A stretch of 56,890 bases of DNA, filler included, from Squatina squatina (taxonomy: Eukaryota), in the NCBI GenBank assembly GCA_031763465.1. It is 4 parts of 4 records of this genome, joined end to end, with 100 filler letters (N's around TTAATTAATTAA, not from the genome) between each part and the next. Parts side by side here need not be neighbours in the genome. Positions count along the whole stretch, not along the records: positions 1 to 12,986 come from JARFOE010000073.1; 3 more parts are not named here. One strand, given 5' to 3'. This document shows, one piece after another, positions 1 through 10,246 of this stretch. A model generated the notes under the pieces. The model made no database searches and was not told where the DNA came from. It saw only the letters and a program-made list of their open reading frames with translations. The translations under genes were made by a program, and so were the position numbers. The number at the start of each line of letters is the position of its first letter. The first letter of the stretch is position 1.

Positions 1-556
1 GGGATGGGCTGCCAAGCGCTTTAGGATCTCCTGGGATTGGCTGCTAAGTGCTTTCGCACCTCCTGGGATTGGCTGTAAAGCGCTTTGGGATCTCCTGGGA
101 TTGGCTGTAAAGCGCTTTGGGATCTCCTGGGATTGGCTGTAAAGCACTTTGGGTCATCCTGGGATTGGCTGTAAAGCGCTTTAGGATCTCCTGGGATTGG
201 CTGTAAAGTGTTTTGGGATCTCCTGGGATTGGCTGTAAAGCGCTTTGGGATATCCTGGGATTGGCTGTAAAGCACATTAGGATCTCCTGGGATTGGCTGT
301 AAAGTGCTTTAGGATCTCCTGGGATTGGCTGTAAATTGCTTTAGGATATCCTGGGATTGGCTGTAAAGCACTTTGGAATCTCCTGGGATTGGCTGTAAAG
401 CACCTTAGGATCTCCTGGGATTGGCTGTAAAGCGCTTTGGGACATCCTGGGATTGGCTGTAAAGTGCTTTAGGATATCCTGGGATTGGCTGTAAAGCGCT
501 TTGGGACATCCTGGGATTGTGAAAGATGTAATATAAATGCAAGTCTTTCTTTTTTC
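1..556 (+). repeat. 32-bp minisatellite (~16 copies, CTGGGATTGGCTGTAAAGCGCTTTRGGATCTC) ending in a SINE 3' terminus
   Basis: CTGGG recurs at 31, 63, 95 and onward (period 32). The array ends in GTGAAAGATGTAATATAAATGCAAGTCTTTCTTTT, similar to the SINE tails at 28088-28145 and 53001-53070. Confidence 0.95.
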
Positions 557-952
557 TGTAGTCATTCGGGAATTGACCAGGGGAAATTCAATGGAAGCAT
601 TGTTTCTAATTGCTCCATCTCATTTGGATCTCAACAAATTTCCCAATCACACAGATTCTGGCAAAGTCTTTTATTACCTGAAGTGCTCACCTGTTTATTT
701 CTCTTTCCAGATAATTCCAGAACTTTGATTTTATTTTTCTGATCGCGAGCATTCAGTTTATCTTTTTATATCTCGAATCACACTTGCCTGGTGCACCCAA
801 ATGGAAAGTGCAACCTGATATAAACTTGCTTTTGGCATAGTTACCGTCCCAAAGACTGCAGTACCACAGATATTGAGCCCACCTAGTTACTAACGCTAAC
901 AGGAAAATCTCGCCCCCTCATGCTCGGTAAAGGGCCTGTTGAAATAAATTAA

Positions 953-1682
953 GGGCTAGAAATTCATCTCCTGTTGCGCCCTATTACCGTCTCCTAGAGG
1001 TGCTAATAGGGTGTAACTGTAAAAAATGGTGCTGGGAGGTGGCCATCTCGCCTCCAGGGGAACTCAGCTGGGGCATAAAGGCCATTGCGCCTGGCCAGCT
1101 GAATGCCACGGCGGGTCGGTGCGTGGGCGCCTGTTTGCTTCCCGCGGGCGGAATTCACCCGCAGAACACGGCCGCATCACCGGGCGGTTGCAGTGACAGG
1201 TCCAGCTCTCTGGAAAGAGTATAATGACTCAGTGTTCACAGCCCTCTTAAAGGGGAAGGCTTGTGTGCCTGCGGCCACCCGCTTTATTTGTCAGCCACCT
1301 TGGTTGTCAGCCGAATGATGGCAGCCCACGGCCAGATCGGGCCACTATCCCCCCGCCTGGCATGGCAGGCTGATGGCCTAGTTGCCGATGTCCCTGGTTG
1401 CCCAGTGTCGGGCTGCAGGGCACCGTCAGAATGGCTGGCAGCCCTCCCCTTTAAGGGAGGCCTGGCAGTGCCACTGACGTTAGCACGCAGTGCGCTGACG
1501 CGATGCATCTGATGTCGCTGGCATGATGTTGAGGCCACGCCAGCAACGTCCAAGGCCAGCCACCCCAGTTCTGCCCGGGAGCGCGCCCCGGAACAACGAA
1601 TTCTGTGGCAGGCGGGGCGGGGCAGAAGCCGGTACGAGAAATGCCGGTTCCCGCCCTGTAAGCGGGAATGAAATTCGGCCCC
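953..1682. mobile_element. Non-autonomous Harbinger/Tourist-like MITE
   Basis: Imperfect TIRs GGGCTAGAAATTCAT / ATGAAATTCGGCCCC. TAA flanks both ends (950-952, 1683-1685). GC-rich interior with inverted motifs at 1241-1260 and 1441-1460. Confidence 0.7.
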
Positions 1683-1694
1683 TAAATGTCTTAC

Positions 1695-1813
1695 CTTCCA
1701 CTCCACATCGCCATTGAAGATCTCACTCTTGGCAATATCTACCCTGTTCCAGGCTACGGCAAGTTTCAGTTCATCCAGATACTCCTGGGCTTCTTGAGTT
1801 TGACTTTTACAGG
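1695..1813 (-). CDS. TRPM5: TRPM5 internal exon ([40 protein letters not shown])
   Basis: Near-identical to the recalled human TRPM5 peptide [44 protein letters not shown] boundaries, 119 nt. Confidence 0.93.
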
Positions 1814-1922
1814 CTACAGGGAAGGGAAAGTCAAGCATTGTGTGTCGTTACTACATGTAGCATTATTTCTTCATGTTGGGGCCAGAATGTGATCACTGTG
1901 AACATAGTAAATATCCCCCTAC

Positions 1923-1961
1923 CTTTGACAAGGGCTTTCAGGATAATAGTGTCCAAGTCCT
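1923..1961 (-). CDS. TRPM5: TRPM5 exon 3' part (DLDTIILKALVK), truncated by gap
   Basis: Matches TRPM5 LDTVILKALVK. GT donor at 1922-1921, phase-compatible with the next exon across a 109-bp intron. Confidence 0.9.
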
Positions 1962-2229
1962 NNNNNNNNNNNNNNNNNNNNNNNNNNNNNNNNNNNNNNN
2001 NNNNNNNNNNNNNNNNNNNNNNNNNNNNNNNNNNNNNNNNNNNNNNNNNNNNNNNNNNNNNAAACCGAAAATGGATTCCTGTAACAAGGAGAGAGCAGAA
2101 TTTGCACTCAGCGTACAGACCTCTACTCACACACATCTCAAAACAGTTTCCAGCTGCCACCTTGGTGCGCGTGATGGTTTCTGTTCCCCACCCAAGTGTA
2201 GTGTTGGAGATTCCCATTATTGCATTTAC

Positions 2230-2401
2230 CTGCGTAGCCTGTCCGCTGTTGAGAAATATGCTTCAGTAGTTTCAGCCAAAGCTCAGTGGTGCCGTTGGGA
2301 GCCTCATCATCCACCAGTATGAAATGGGAATGGTTGTTGTCCAAGGAGTAAAGAGGACCATGTGCTGTCTCATCAACCCGGTAGACTGTTGGACTGTGGT
2401 T
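2230..2401 (-). CDS. TRPM5: TRPM5 exon (NHSPTVYRVDETAHGPLYSLDNNHSHFILVD...KHISQQRTGYA)
   Basis: TRPM N-terminal motif LDxNHSHFILVD...HISxQR. AG at 2403-2402, GT at 2229-2228. Confidence 0.88.
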
Positions 2402-2495
2402 CTAATTAAAGGTTTGCAAAAATTAATATATAGAAAGCTAGATGGTGAAAGTAAACAATAAAATACCCAAAACATTACTTGCAGATAAACTGGCT

Positions 2496-3405
2496 GTCAG
2501 CTGTGGCTCAATGGGTAGCACTCGTGCCTCTGAGTCAGAAGGTTTGGGGTTCAAGCCTAATTCCAGAGACTTGAGCACAAAATCTAGCCTGACACATCAG
2601 TGCTGAGGGAAGACTGCACTNNNNNNNNNNNNNNNNNNNNNNNNNNNNNNNNNNNNNNNNNNNNNNNNNNNNNNNNNNNNNNNNNNNNNNNNNNNNNNNN
2701 NNNNNNNNNNNNNNNNNNNNNNNNNNNNNNNNNNNNNNNNNNNNNNNNNNNNNNNNNNNNNNNNNNNNNNNNNNNNNNNNNNNNNNNNNNNNNNNNNNNN
2801 NNNNNNNNNNNNNNNNNNNNNNNNNNNNNNNNNNNNNNNNNNNNNNNNNNNNNNNNNNNNNNNNNNNNNNNNNNNNNNNNNNNNNNNNNNNNNNNNNNNN
2901 NNNNNNNNNNNNNNNNNNNNNNNNNNNNNNNNNNNNNNNNNNNNNNNNNNNNNNNNNNNNNNNNNNNNNNNNNNNNNNNNNNNNNNNNNNNNNNNNNNNN
3001 NNNNNNNNNNNNNNNNNNNNNNNNNNNNNNNNNNNNNNNNNNNNNNNNNNNNNNNNNNNNNNNNNNNNNNNNNNNNNNNNNNNNNNNNNNNNNNNNNNNN
3101 NNNNNNNNNNNNNNNNNNNNNNNNNNNNNNNNNNNNNNNNNNNNNNNNNNNNNNNNGAAGACTGCACTGTCAGAGGTGCCGTCTTTCAGATATAACGTTA
3201 AACTGAGGCTCCACCTGTCCCTCTAAGGTGGATGTAAAAGATCCCATGACACTATTTAGAAGAAATGCTGTCTCACTGGTATTCTGGTCAATATTTACCC
3301 CTCAACCAACATCACTAAAACAGATCATTTGGTCCTTATCTCATTGTTGTTTGTGGAGCCGTGCTGTGTGCAAATTGGCTGCCATGTTTCTTGTATTAGA
3401 ACATT
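2496..3405 (+). mobile_element. tRNA-derived Deu-domain SINE (SacSINE1/AmnSINE1-like), interrupted by a 536-N gap
   Basis: A-box TGGCTCAATGGG, B-box GGTTCAAGCC and Deu core GGTGGATGTAAAAGATCCCATGACACTATTT. Confidence 0.8.
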
Positions 3406-3974
3406 ATGGGGGGGGGGGAAAGAGTGGGAGACAGAGGGTTTAAAAATAATGGGGGGAGACCCCTACATTACAGAGTGCCCTGCAAGCCCCAGGCCCAGCT
3501 GCCTTTTGATTGGGGCCTTGTAAATAGAACCAATTCCTTCTTCAGGGTCCAGGCTAAGTCCCAGGCCTGGACCGCCTGGTGGGCTCTACTTCGGCCAGCC
3601 AACAGGACAGAACGTCTTTGCTGGCCCGGCATGCAGGTCACCTGGCAGGTTCCAGGCTGGCTTGGAGTAAACTCCCAGCCTGGGATTCACCTCCCCTGGC
3701 TACTCCCATTCTGGCGCGGGCCACTCTGAATCTCTGATCTCTCAGAATCTCTGCCTGCCCCAAACAAAACCCTGTGGAAAGCGGCAGTGAAGACCGGGAC
3801 GTGACGTGCAGTGCCCGACCCTATTTCCCGGGCCTTCTGCCGCACCTCTTCCTGAGTTATGGCGGAAGATCCATGAAAATGCCTGCCCATGGTACATATC
3901 TTTCACGATAGACCCCTTAAAGCTAGAGAGGTGTGAACAGAGGGAGGTAGTAGTAAACCATTTGAATAATTAAC

Positions 3975-4141
3975 CTTAACATTGACTAAGGCTTCACGGT
4001 CAGAAATAATTCCCCATGGCGATATTCCCATTGCAAAGACTTTGATTTTGGAGGAGGTACTGGCCAAGGCATGATCACGGACTGCTTCTCCTATGAGTTT
4101 TGTGATTCCAGCCCGCAGACCACTTGTAATGATCCAGGCTC
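3975..4141 (-). CDS. TRPM5: TRPM5 exon ([56 protein letters not shown])
   Basis: Read by hand, not in the ORF track. Matches TRPM5 GAWILTS...AVRDHSLASTS. 167 nt with AG/GT, joins the 2230-2401 exon in phase 0. Confidence 0.92.
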
Positions 4142-4289
4142 CTGTACAGAAATTGGGAGGTAGAAAAAAAGTGATATTTTAATTTCAAGCTGGTAGAATT
4201 TATTTTTAAAAATCTGCTTTTTTTCACATTTTAATCCCCCCTCTCCTGCCCCACCTTTGAGATCACTGACCGTGAGGTTCCCATCAAAG

Positions 4290-4967
4290 AGAATCATAGA
4301 ATCTTATAGCACAGGAGCAGGAGACTCGGCCTGTGCTGGCTCTTAGAAAGAGCTGTCCAATTTAATCCCAGAACCAGCTTTATCCCCGTAACCCTGCAAA
4401 TTAGTCCTCCATGTCCAATTGCCTTTTGAAAGTTACTATGGAATCTGATTCCACTACACTTTCAGGTGGTGCATTCCCAATTTTAACAACCCTCTGTGTG
4501 AAGAATTTTCTCCTCACTTCACTTCTCTAGTTCTTCTGCCAATTATTTTAAATCTGTGACGTCTGGTTACCGACCCAGTTGCCAGATTAAATAGTTTCTC
4601 TCTACTTGCTCTATCAAAACCCCTCAATTTTTAATACCTCTGAGAAATAGAAGCAGGAGTAGGCCATATGGCTTCATCGAGCCTGCTCTGCCATTCAGTA
4701 AGATCATGGCTGAAGTTCTACATCAACTCCACTTTCCTACCCTGTCCCCATATCCCTTGATTCCCTGAGTACCCAAAAATCTATTGATCTCAGTCTTGAA
4801 TATACTCATCATCTGAGCATGACAGCCCACTGGCGTCGAGAATTCCAAAGATTGACAACCCTCTGAGTGAAGAAATGTCTCTTAATCATAATAAAATTCT
4901 TAATGGATTGGACAGGCTAGATGCAGGAAGAATGTTCCCGATGTTGGGGAAGTCCAGAACCAGGGGT
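4290..4967. mobile_element. Cluster of CR1-type LINE 3' fragments
   Basis: ATAGAATC-type tails and GGACAGGCTAGATGCAGGAAGAATGTTCCCG (LDRLDAGRMFP) C-terminal CR1 ORF2 remnant. Similar pieces at 37985-38230 and 53690-54110. Confidence 0.7.
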
Positions 4968-5699
4968 NNNNNNNNNNNNNNNNNNNNNNNNNNNNNNNNN
5001 NNNNNNNNNNNNNNNNNNNNNNNNNNNNNNNNNNNNNNNNNNNNNNNNNNNNNNNNNNNNNNNNNNNAGTTGGTAGTTTTTATCAATCAATGCTCAACCT
5101 ACTTTTAAAAAGTAAATGTTCTCCATCATCTCCCCCTTCTGGCTCATACGTCTTTGCTGACTGAGAAGGCAGGCAAGTTAGCAGGCCCCAAGCCTCCCCA
5201 TTGCCACAGCTGAGGTAAGAGATTCAGCAGAGTGGGTCATTGGAATTGTGCTGCACTATCCCTATTGCATCACTTACATAGAATAATACTGTATTTATAA
5301 AGTGTGCTCAAGGCATCTCGTAGCAGAGCTGTTTTGGGATTCGATTCGTAATATTGTATGACAGAGAGTCAAAGTCCAAGTAGCTCTTAAGTTTGAGAGC
5401 TGAACTCGTAACTGTGCTGATCTGGGAACTGTTCCACTTTGAGATTGTCACAACTGTATACGTTCTAGAAATTTGAATAAGGCACCTTGAACAATGAACA
5501 CAGACGCTGTTAACACAAACAAGGAACGGTGAGGTCACATTGCTGATAAGCTATGTGTAAAACTGTTACATTATCTGTATTATAATGTGTTTGTCCATTA
5601 GCTCCTATAGGCAAACAATGGCAAGCGAGAGAAAACAAAAAGATTAACCAATGACCCAGGCTGCGTGAATTAGTAAACACATGGTCTGTTAAGAAGAAC

Positions 5700-6141
5700 G
5701 AAAGAATTTGTACTTATATGGCACATTTCACGTTTTCAGGATATCCTAAAATGCTTCACAGCCAGTGAAATACTTGTGCAGTGTAGACACTGTTGTAGGA
5801 AACGCAGCAAGGCCAATTTGCACACAGCAATGAGCTACGTGACCGGATCATCAGTATTTTGTTAGGTGCTGGTTGAGGGATAAATGTTGACAAGAACAAC
5901 AGGAGAAAGGCACTACTCTTCTTGAAATAGTGCTGTGGGATCTTTCACTTTCACCTGAGAGGGCAGATAAGGCCTCCATTTAACACCTCATCCACAGGTG
6001 GCTCCTCTGACAGTGTAGCACTCCCTCAGTACTGCAGTGGAGTGTCAGCTGAGATTATGTGCTGAAGTCCCTGGAGTGGGGCTGGAGCTTACAACCTTCT
6101 GACTCAGAAGCGAGTTTGTTAATAACTGAGCCAAGGCTGAC
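5700..6141 (-). mobile_element. Near full-length Deu-domain SINE
   Basis: Reverse complement of the 2496-3405 element, head (CTGAGCCAAGGCTGAC) to tail. Confidence 0.8.
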
Positions 6142-6328
6142 AAACTCTTTTAAGTCCTTGGTGAATTTCTTCAGTCAGTGTAGTATCACTATAGACATGT
6201 ATTTTTTTTCAGCGATGTATTAATAAATNNNNNNNNNNNNNNNNNNNNNNNNNNNNNNNNNNNNNNNNNNNNNNNNNNNNNNNNNNNNNNNNNNNNNNNN
6301 NNNNNNNNNNNNNNNNNNNNNNNNNNNN

Positions 6329-6962
6329 CTATGAATGTGAGGTATGAGTGATGATAGATAGAGATTGTTGGTTGGTGAGTGAAGGGTGGTGATGAGCTGA
6401 GCAGTGTCTGAGCCCAGTGGTACAGTTGTAAGGATATGGCATTTGAGGATGAATTCACTGACCTTGTCCACTCGTGTGAGGTCATTAAACTTCTTGTGGC
6501 ACAGTGTTTGTATGGAGGGCCTCCTGGCCCCCTGTGGATACAGGACCTCTCTTCTCCTGTCCACTTCCTGCACCAAGGCTTCCAGTGCTGGATCAGAGAA
6601 TCTTGGAGCCCGCTCTCTGCCCTTTTGCACCATCAGTACATTTTCTTCTTGTTCACACTCTCTTCCTCAGTCACTTCCGGCACCTGCTCCAGCCAGAATT
6701 CACCACCCCTTTAGGAGGTGCAGGCTGTCTTTAAGTAGTGCAGGCTAGCCTTAAGTGGTGCTAGCCTCACAGGAACCTGGGCCCCCTGCTGGGGTGTGCA
6801 GCCACTCAGTAGCATGTTCAGCACTGGACTGCACGCTACCATCATTTCAATTAACAGGCAACACAAAGGTTGCATGCACCCTACGTCAGAAGGAACAGGT
6901 GTGGGTAAATCACGCATCGTGATCCCTGCACCCATTTTCAGGGCTTATCCAATTTCTAGGCC
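6329..6962 (-). mobile_element. Harbinger DNA transposon end carrying a degenerate Myb/SANT-like ORF
   Basis: ORF 6633->: RERAPRFSDPALEALVQEVDRRREVLYP...CHKKFNDL (NAIF1/Myb_DNA-bind_5-like). Terminus CCAATTTCTAGGCC resembles the MITE TIR at 953. Confidence 0.75.
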
Positions 6963-8420
6963 TTTTAGTTCGCTGAAAGTTTGCGTGTAAAACTGCTGTT
7001 GCGGATCGGGCTGCCCCCATTTTCAGCTGAATCCGACCTGCAATGCCCATCCAGCAACCACCAGTTTGGTTCCACCCTCCAAAAAAATTCCAATAAACTT
7101 GTTCAGCACGACGGCCTGCCTTTCAGAGTCTTGTGTTTCCCTCGAGCTGTTGCCTTTACTCTTGTCAGGTATGTGCACATGAAGAACACACTCTCGACAT
7201 TTCCGGCAATTTCCTGTTGTGCGTGCGATCTGCACCTGAATGTCTTTCCATCGAGAAGTTCCTTCTATGAACTTTTTTGTTGATGTTCTGGCCAGCAACT
7301 TAGGGCCTCGGTGTAAACACTTAACTTCTTCCTCTTCCAGTTGCTGTCCATTAATTATTCAGTCGTGACTTTGAGATTGTCAGGTGCTGATGCATGTAGT
7401 GCCTTTTGCAAACATGTAATGCAGAGCTGATTTTTTTTTTGTTAACGGAACAATACAATATGCACACTCATTGAAAGTCTTAGTGCTAGCATGTCCTTCA
7501 GAGAAAATTTATCATTTCAGAAGCACAATAGTGCACCTGTCTTCAACATAATAGACCTGCTAGGAAATGCAGGCAGGTGTACCTTATGATGATGAGTGAA
7601 ATGGTTGGCACATAGAGAGCGAGCAATACAAGGGTGTTTTGATGTCATTGCAAATCTATTTGATTAAGCTGACTTGCTTCCTGGCCTTGACTGACAGTTC
7701 CAGTATTCAGCTCTGCGTATTTTTGTTTAAAAAGCCCCCTTGAGGTGAAAGCTACCCTGTGCGGTCTTTTCCAGTGTCTGTGGTAAACTGGAGTCTTGCC
7801 ACCCAGACCACTTAAAATCTTGGACACGTACAAGAAAGCCGCATAGGCCTTGCAGTGTTTTTTCTCTCTCGCTCTTTTGCTGAAATTTTGCTTGAATATT
7901 TCAGTTTGAATGGTAGTGGTGTTGGCTACGTGCTATATTTCAGCTAATTAATGGAGTNNNNNNNNNNNNNNNNNNNNNNNNNNNNNNNNNNNNNNNNNNN
8001 NNNNNNNNNNNNNNNNNNNNNNNNNNNNNNNNNNNNNNNNNNNNNNNNNNNNNNNNNTCCCCGCAAGGGAGAAATTAAGTTAAGTGTGAAGACAGCTGAG
8101 TGAATATGGCCTAAATTGAAGTTGACGAGTGTGTAGGTAACTGTTGAATTAACTAGGGTTATTTTGTTTTACAAGTACGAACCGGGTGGTTTGAATGACA
8201 AGTTAGCTATCAATTAGGTATGAAATTACTGGTGGTGAGGTGTGCTTCTGATTGAATGACTACAGTGGAAGTGGGACACAAGTTTGAATTGGCTACTTGT
8301 TTATGCTGACAGTGTTGATTTGAGAGAATTTAAGTATATTGTAGTAAAAACAGGTAATTGACTTGTGAGAAACTAGTGAATTGAAGGGTTTTACCAGAAG
8401 TGGAGTTGGGAACGGAGGAG

Positions 8421-8660
8421 ATAAAAGGGCAGGTGTTGCATTTCCTGTGCTTGCTGCCACTGAAAGGGAAGGGGTTGCTGGGGGTGATTGAAGAGTGAAC
8501 CAGGGTGTCACGGAGGGAGCAGTCCCTTCAGAATGCTGAAAAGAGAGGGGAGGGGAAGATTTGTTTGGTGGTGGGATCACGGTGGAGGTGGCGGAAATGT
8601 CGGAGGATGATCTGTTGAATGTGGAGGTTGGTGGGGTGAAACTTGAGGTCAAAGGGAACA
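8421..8660 (-). mobile_element. Penelope-like element fragment
   Basis: Shares GTCCCTTCAGAATGCTGAAA and flanks with 9930-9982. Confidence 0.65.
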
Positions 8661-9149
8661 NNNNNNNNNNNNNNNNNNNNNNNNNNNNNNNNNNNNNNNN
8701 NNNNNNNNNNNNNNNNNNNNNNNNNNNNNNNNNNNNNNNNNNNNNNNNNNNNNNNNNNNNAGATTAGGGATGAGATGCCCCTGGAGATCAGTCTGTGCTA
8801 GTGTACTGGGCTGCCCTGTGCACAAAGATGCTAGTCTGTTTATTTACTTTAAATTCATGAACAATGTGTGAATGGTGGACAAATAAGTCACTTCGTCACT
8901 GTAAGTGGATGTCGGGTGAGATGATGTGTGGGCGCGGCAGTAAGAGCTCCCCAACAAGCACTGTCCACAAGCACAGCTGAGGAAGGTGCGTTCAGTCAGC
9001 TCCTGGGGGAGTGCTAATACTGTGAAACCTTCAGAATACCAGCGGAATTTATTTTATTCAATGAAATCAGTAAGAAATACAAAAGGCAGGTAATATTTTA
9101 TCAGTGAAGATATTGCTTAAGAAATAAAAACAGATAATGCTGGAAATAA

Positions 9150-9982
9150 CAAAAGGGGTGATGATGCAAGGCAAAAGGAGATAGTAATGGAACAAGTAAC
9201 GAAACAAAAGATGGGGCTAGAGGAGGTGTAAATGGGTATAGCAGAACTATCAGCAACATCTGCAGTGTGAACAATTGGGGGCAGAGGTTATGATCTGATA
9301 TTGTTGAACTCAATGTTTGGAAGGCTGTAAGATGCCTAATTGAAAGATGAGGTGCTGATCCTCGAGCTTATGTTGAACTTCATTAGAACAGTGTAAGAGG
9401 CTGAGGACTGAGAGATCTGAGTAGGAATGGAGCGGAGAATTAAAGTGATAGGCGACCAGAAGCTCAGGGTCATGCTTACGGACTGAGCGGAGGTGTTCTG
9501 CAAAGCGGTGACCCAATGTGTTTGATCTCCCCAATGTAGAGGAGACCACATCGTGAGCAGCGAATACAATATACTAAATTGCAGTAAGTACAAGTAAATC
9601 GCTGTCTCACTTGGAAGGAGTGTCTGGGGCTCNNNNNNNNNNGAGTGGGGCGTAGAATTAAAATGACAGGCGACCAGAAGCTCAGGGTCATGCTTGTGGT
9701 CTAAAAGGAGGTGTTCCGCAAAACGATCACCGAATCTGTGTTTGGTCTCCCCGATGTAGAGGAGACCACATCGTTAACAGCGAATACAGTATACTGAATA
9801 GTACAAGTAATCGCTGTTTCACCTGAAAGTTGTAAGTGTTTTGGGCCCTGGATAGTGGGAAGGGAGGATATAAAAGGATTGGTGCTGCATCTCCTGCACA
9901 TGCACCAGAAGGTGCCGGGGTATGAGGAGGGGGTGATTGAAGAGTGGACCAGAGTGTCGCAGAGTGAATGGTCCCTTCAGAA
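9150..9982 (-). mobile_element. Penelope-like retroelement, GIY-YIG endonuclease region, two staggered degenerate copies
   Basis: FTCTYCNLVYCIRCSRCGLLYIGE followed by a frameshifted RFAEHLRSVRK...VAYHFNS...EDQHLIFQLG. 9643-9830 repeats 9420-9630. Confidence 0.85.
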
Positions 9983-10155
9983 TGCTGAAAGGGGAGGGGA
10001 GANNNNNNNNNNNNNNNNNNNNNNNNNNNNNNNNNNNNNNNNNNNNNNNNNNNNNNNNNNNNNNNNNNNNNNNNNNNNNNNNNNNNNNNNNNNNNNNNNN
10101 NNAGCAGTGTGTCTTTCTTTTTCTATGTATCTAATTCTTTTCTTTTGCCTTCCAG

Positions 10156-10246
10156 ATTTCTTATCGTTTTGGTTTGCCTCATCTTCAGTGTCATGTCGAC
10201 GATTGAGCAGTACCATTACTTTGCCAACAGAGCTCTCGTTTGGATG
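10156..10246 (+). CDS. KCNQ1: KCNQ1 exon encoding S1 and the S1-S2 loop (FLIVLVCLIFSVMSTIEQYHYFANRALVWM)
   Basis: Read by hand. Matches human KCNQ1 FLIVLVCLIFSVLSTIEQY...FWM. 91 nt with polypyrimidine-CAG acceptor and GTATGT donor. Adjacent to TRPM5 as in human. Confidence 0.92.

Noticed and set aside
1-520. CRISPR-like array or repetitive protein ORFs (21-275, 44-277, 341-565)
   Set aside because: The units are contiguous with no unique spacers, there are no cas genes, and the context is vertebrate. The ORFs are by-products of the tandem repeat.
1284-1838. 184-aa ORF as a complete gene
   Set aside because: Only 1695-1813 is TRPM5 coding. The rest is intron and MITE read-through.
2062-2078. 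Possible start of the next TRPM5 exon after a strong minus-strand acceptor at 2080-2079
   Set aside because: Only 17 nt before a gap, and the peptide (GIHFRF) does not match the expected TRPM5 sequence, so it cannot be supported.
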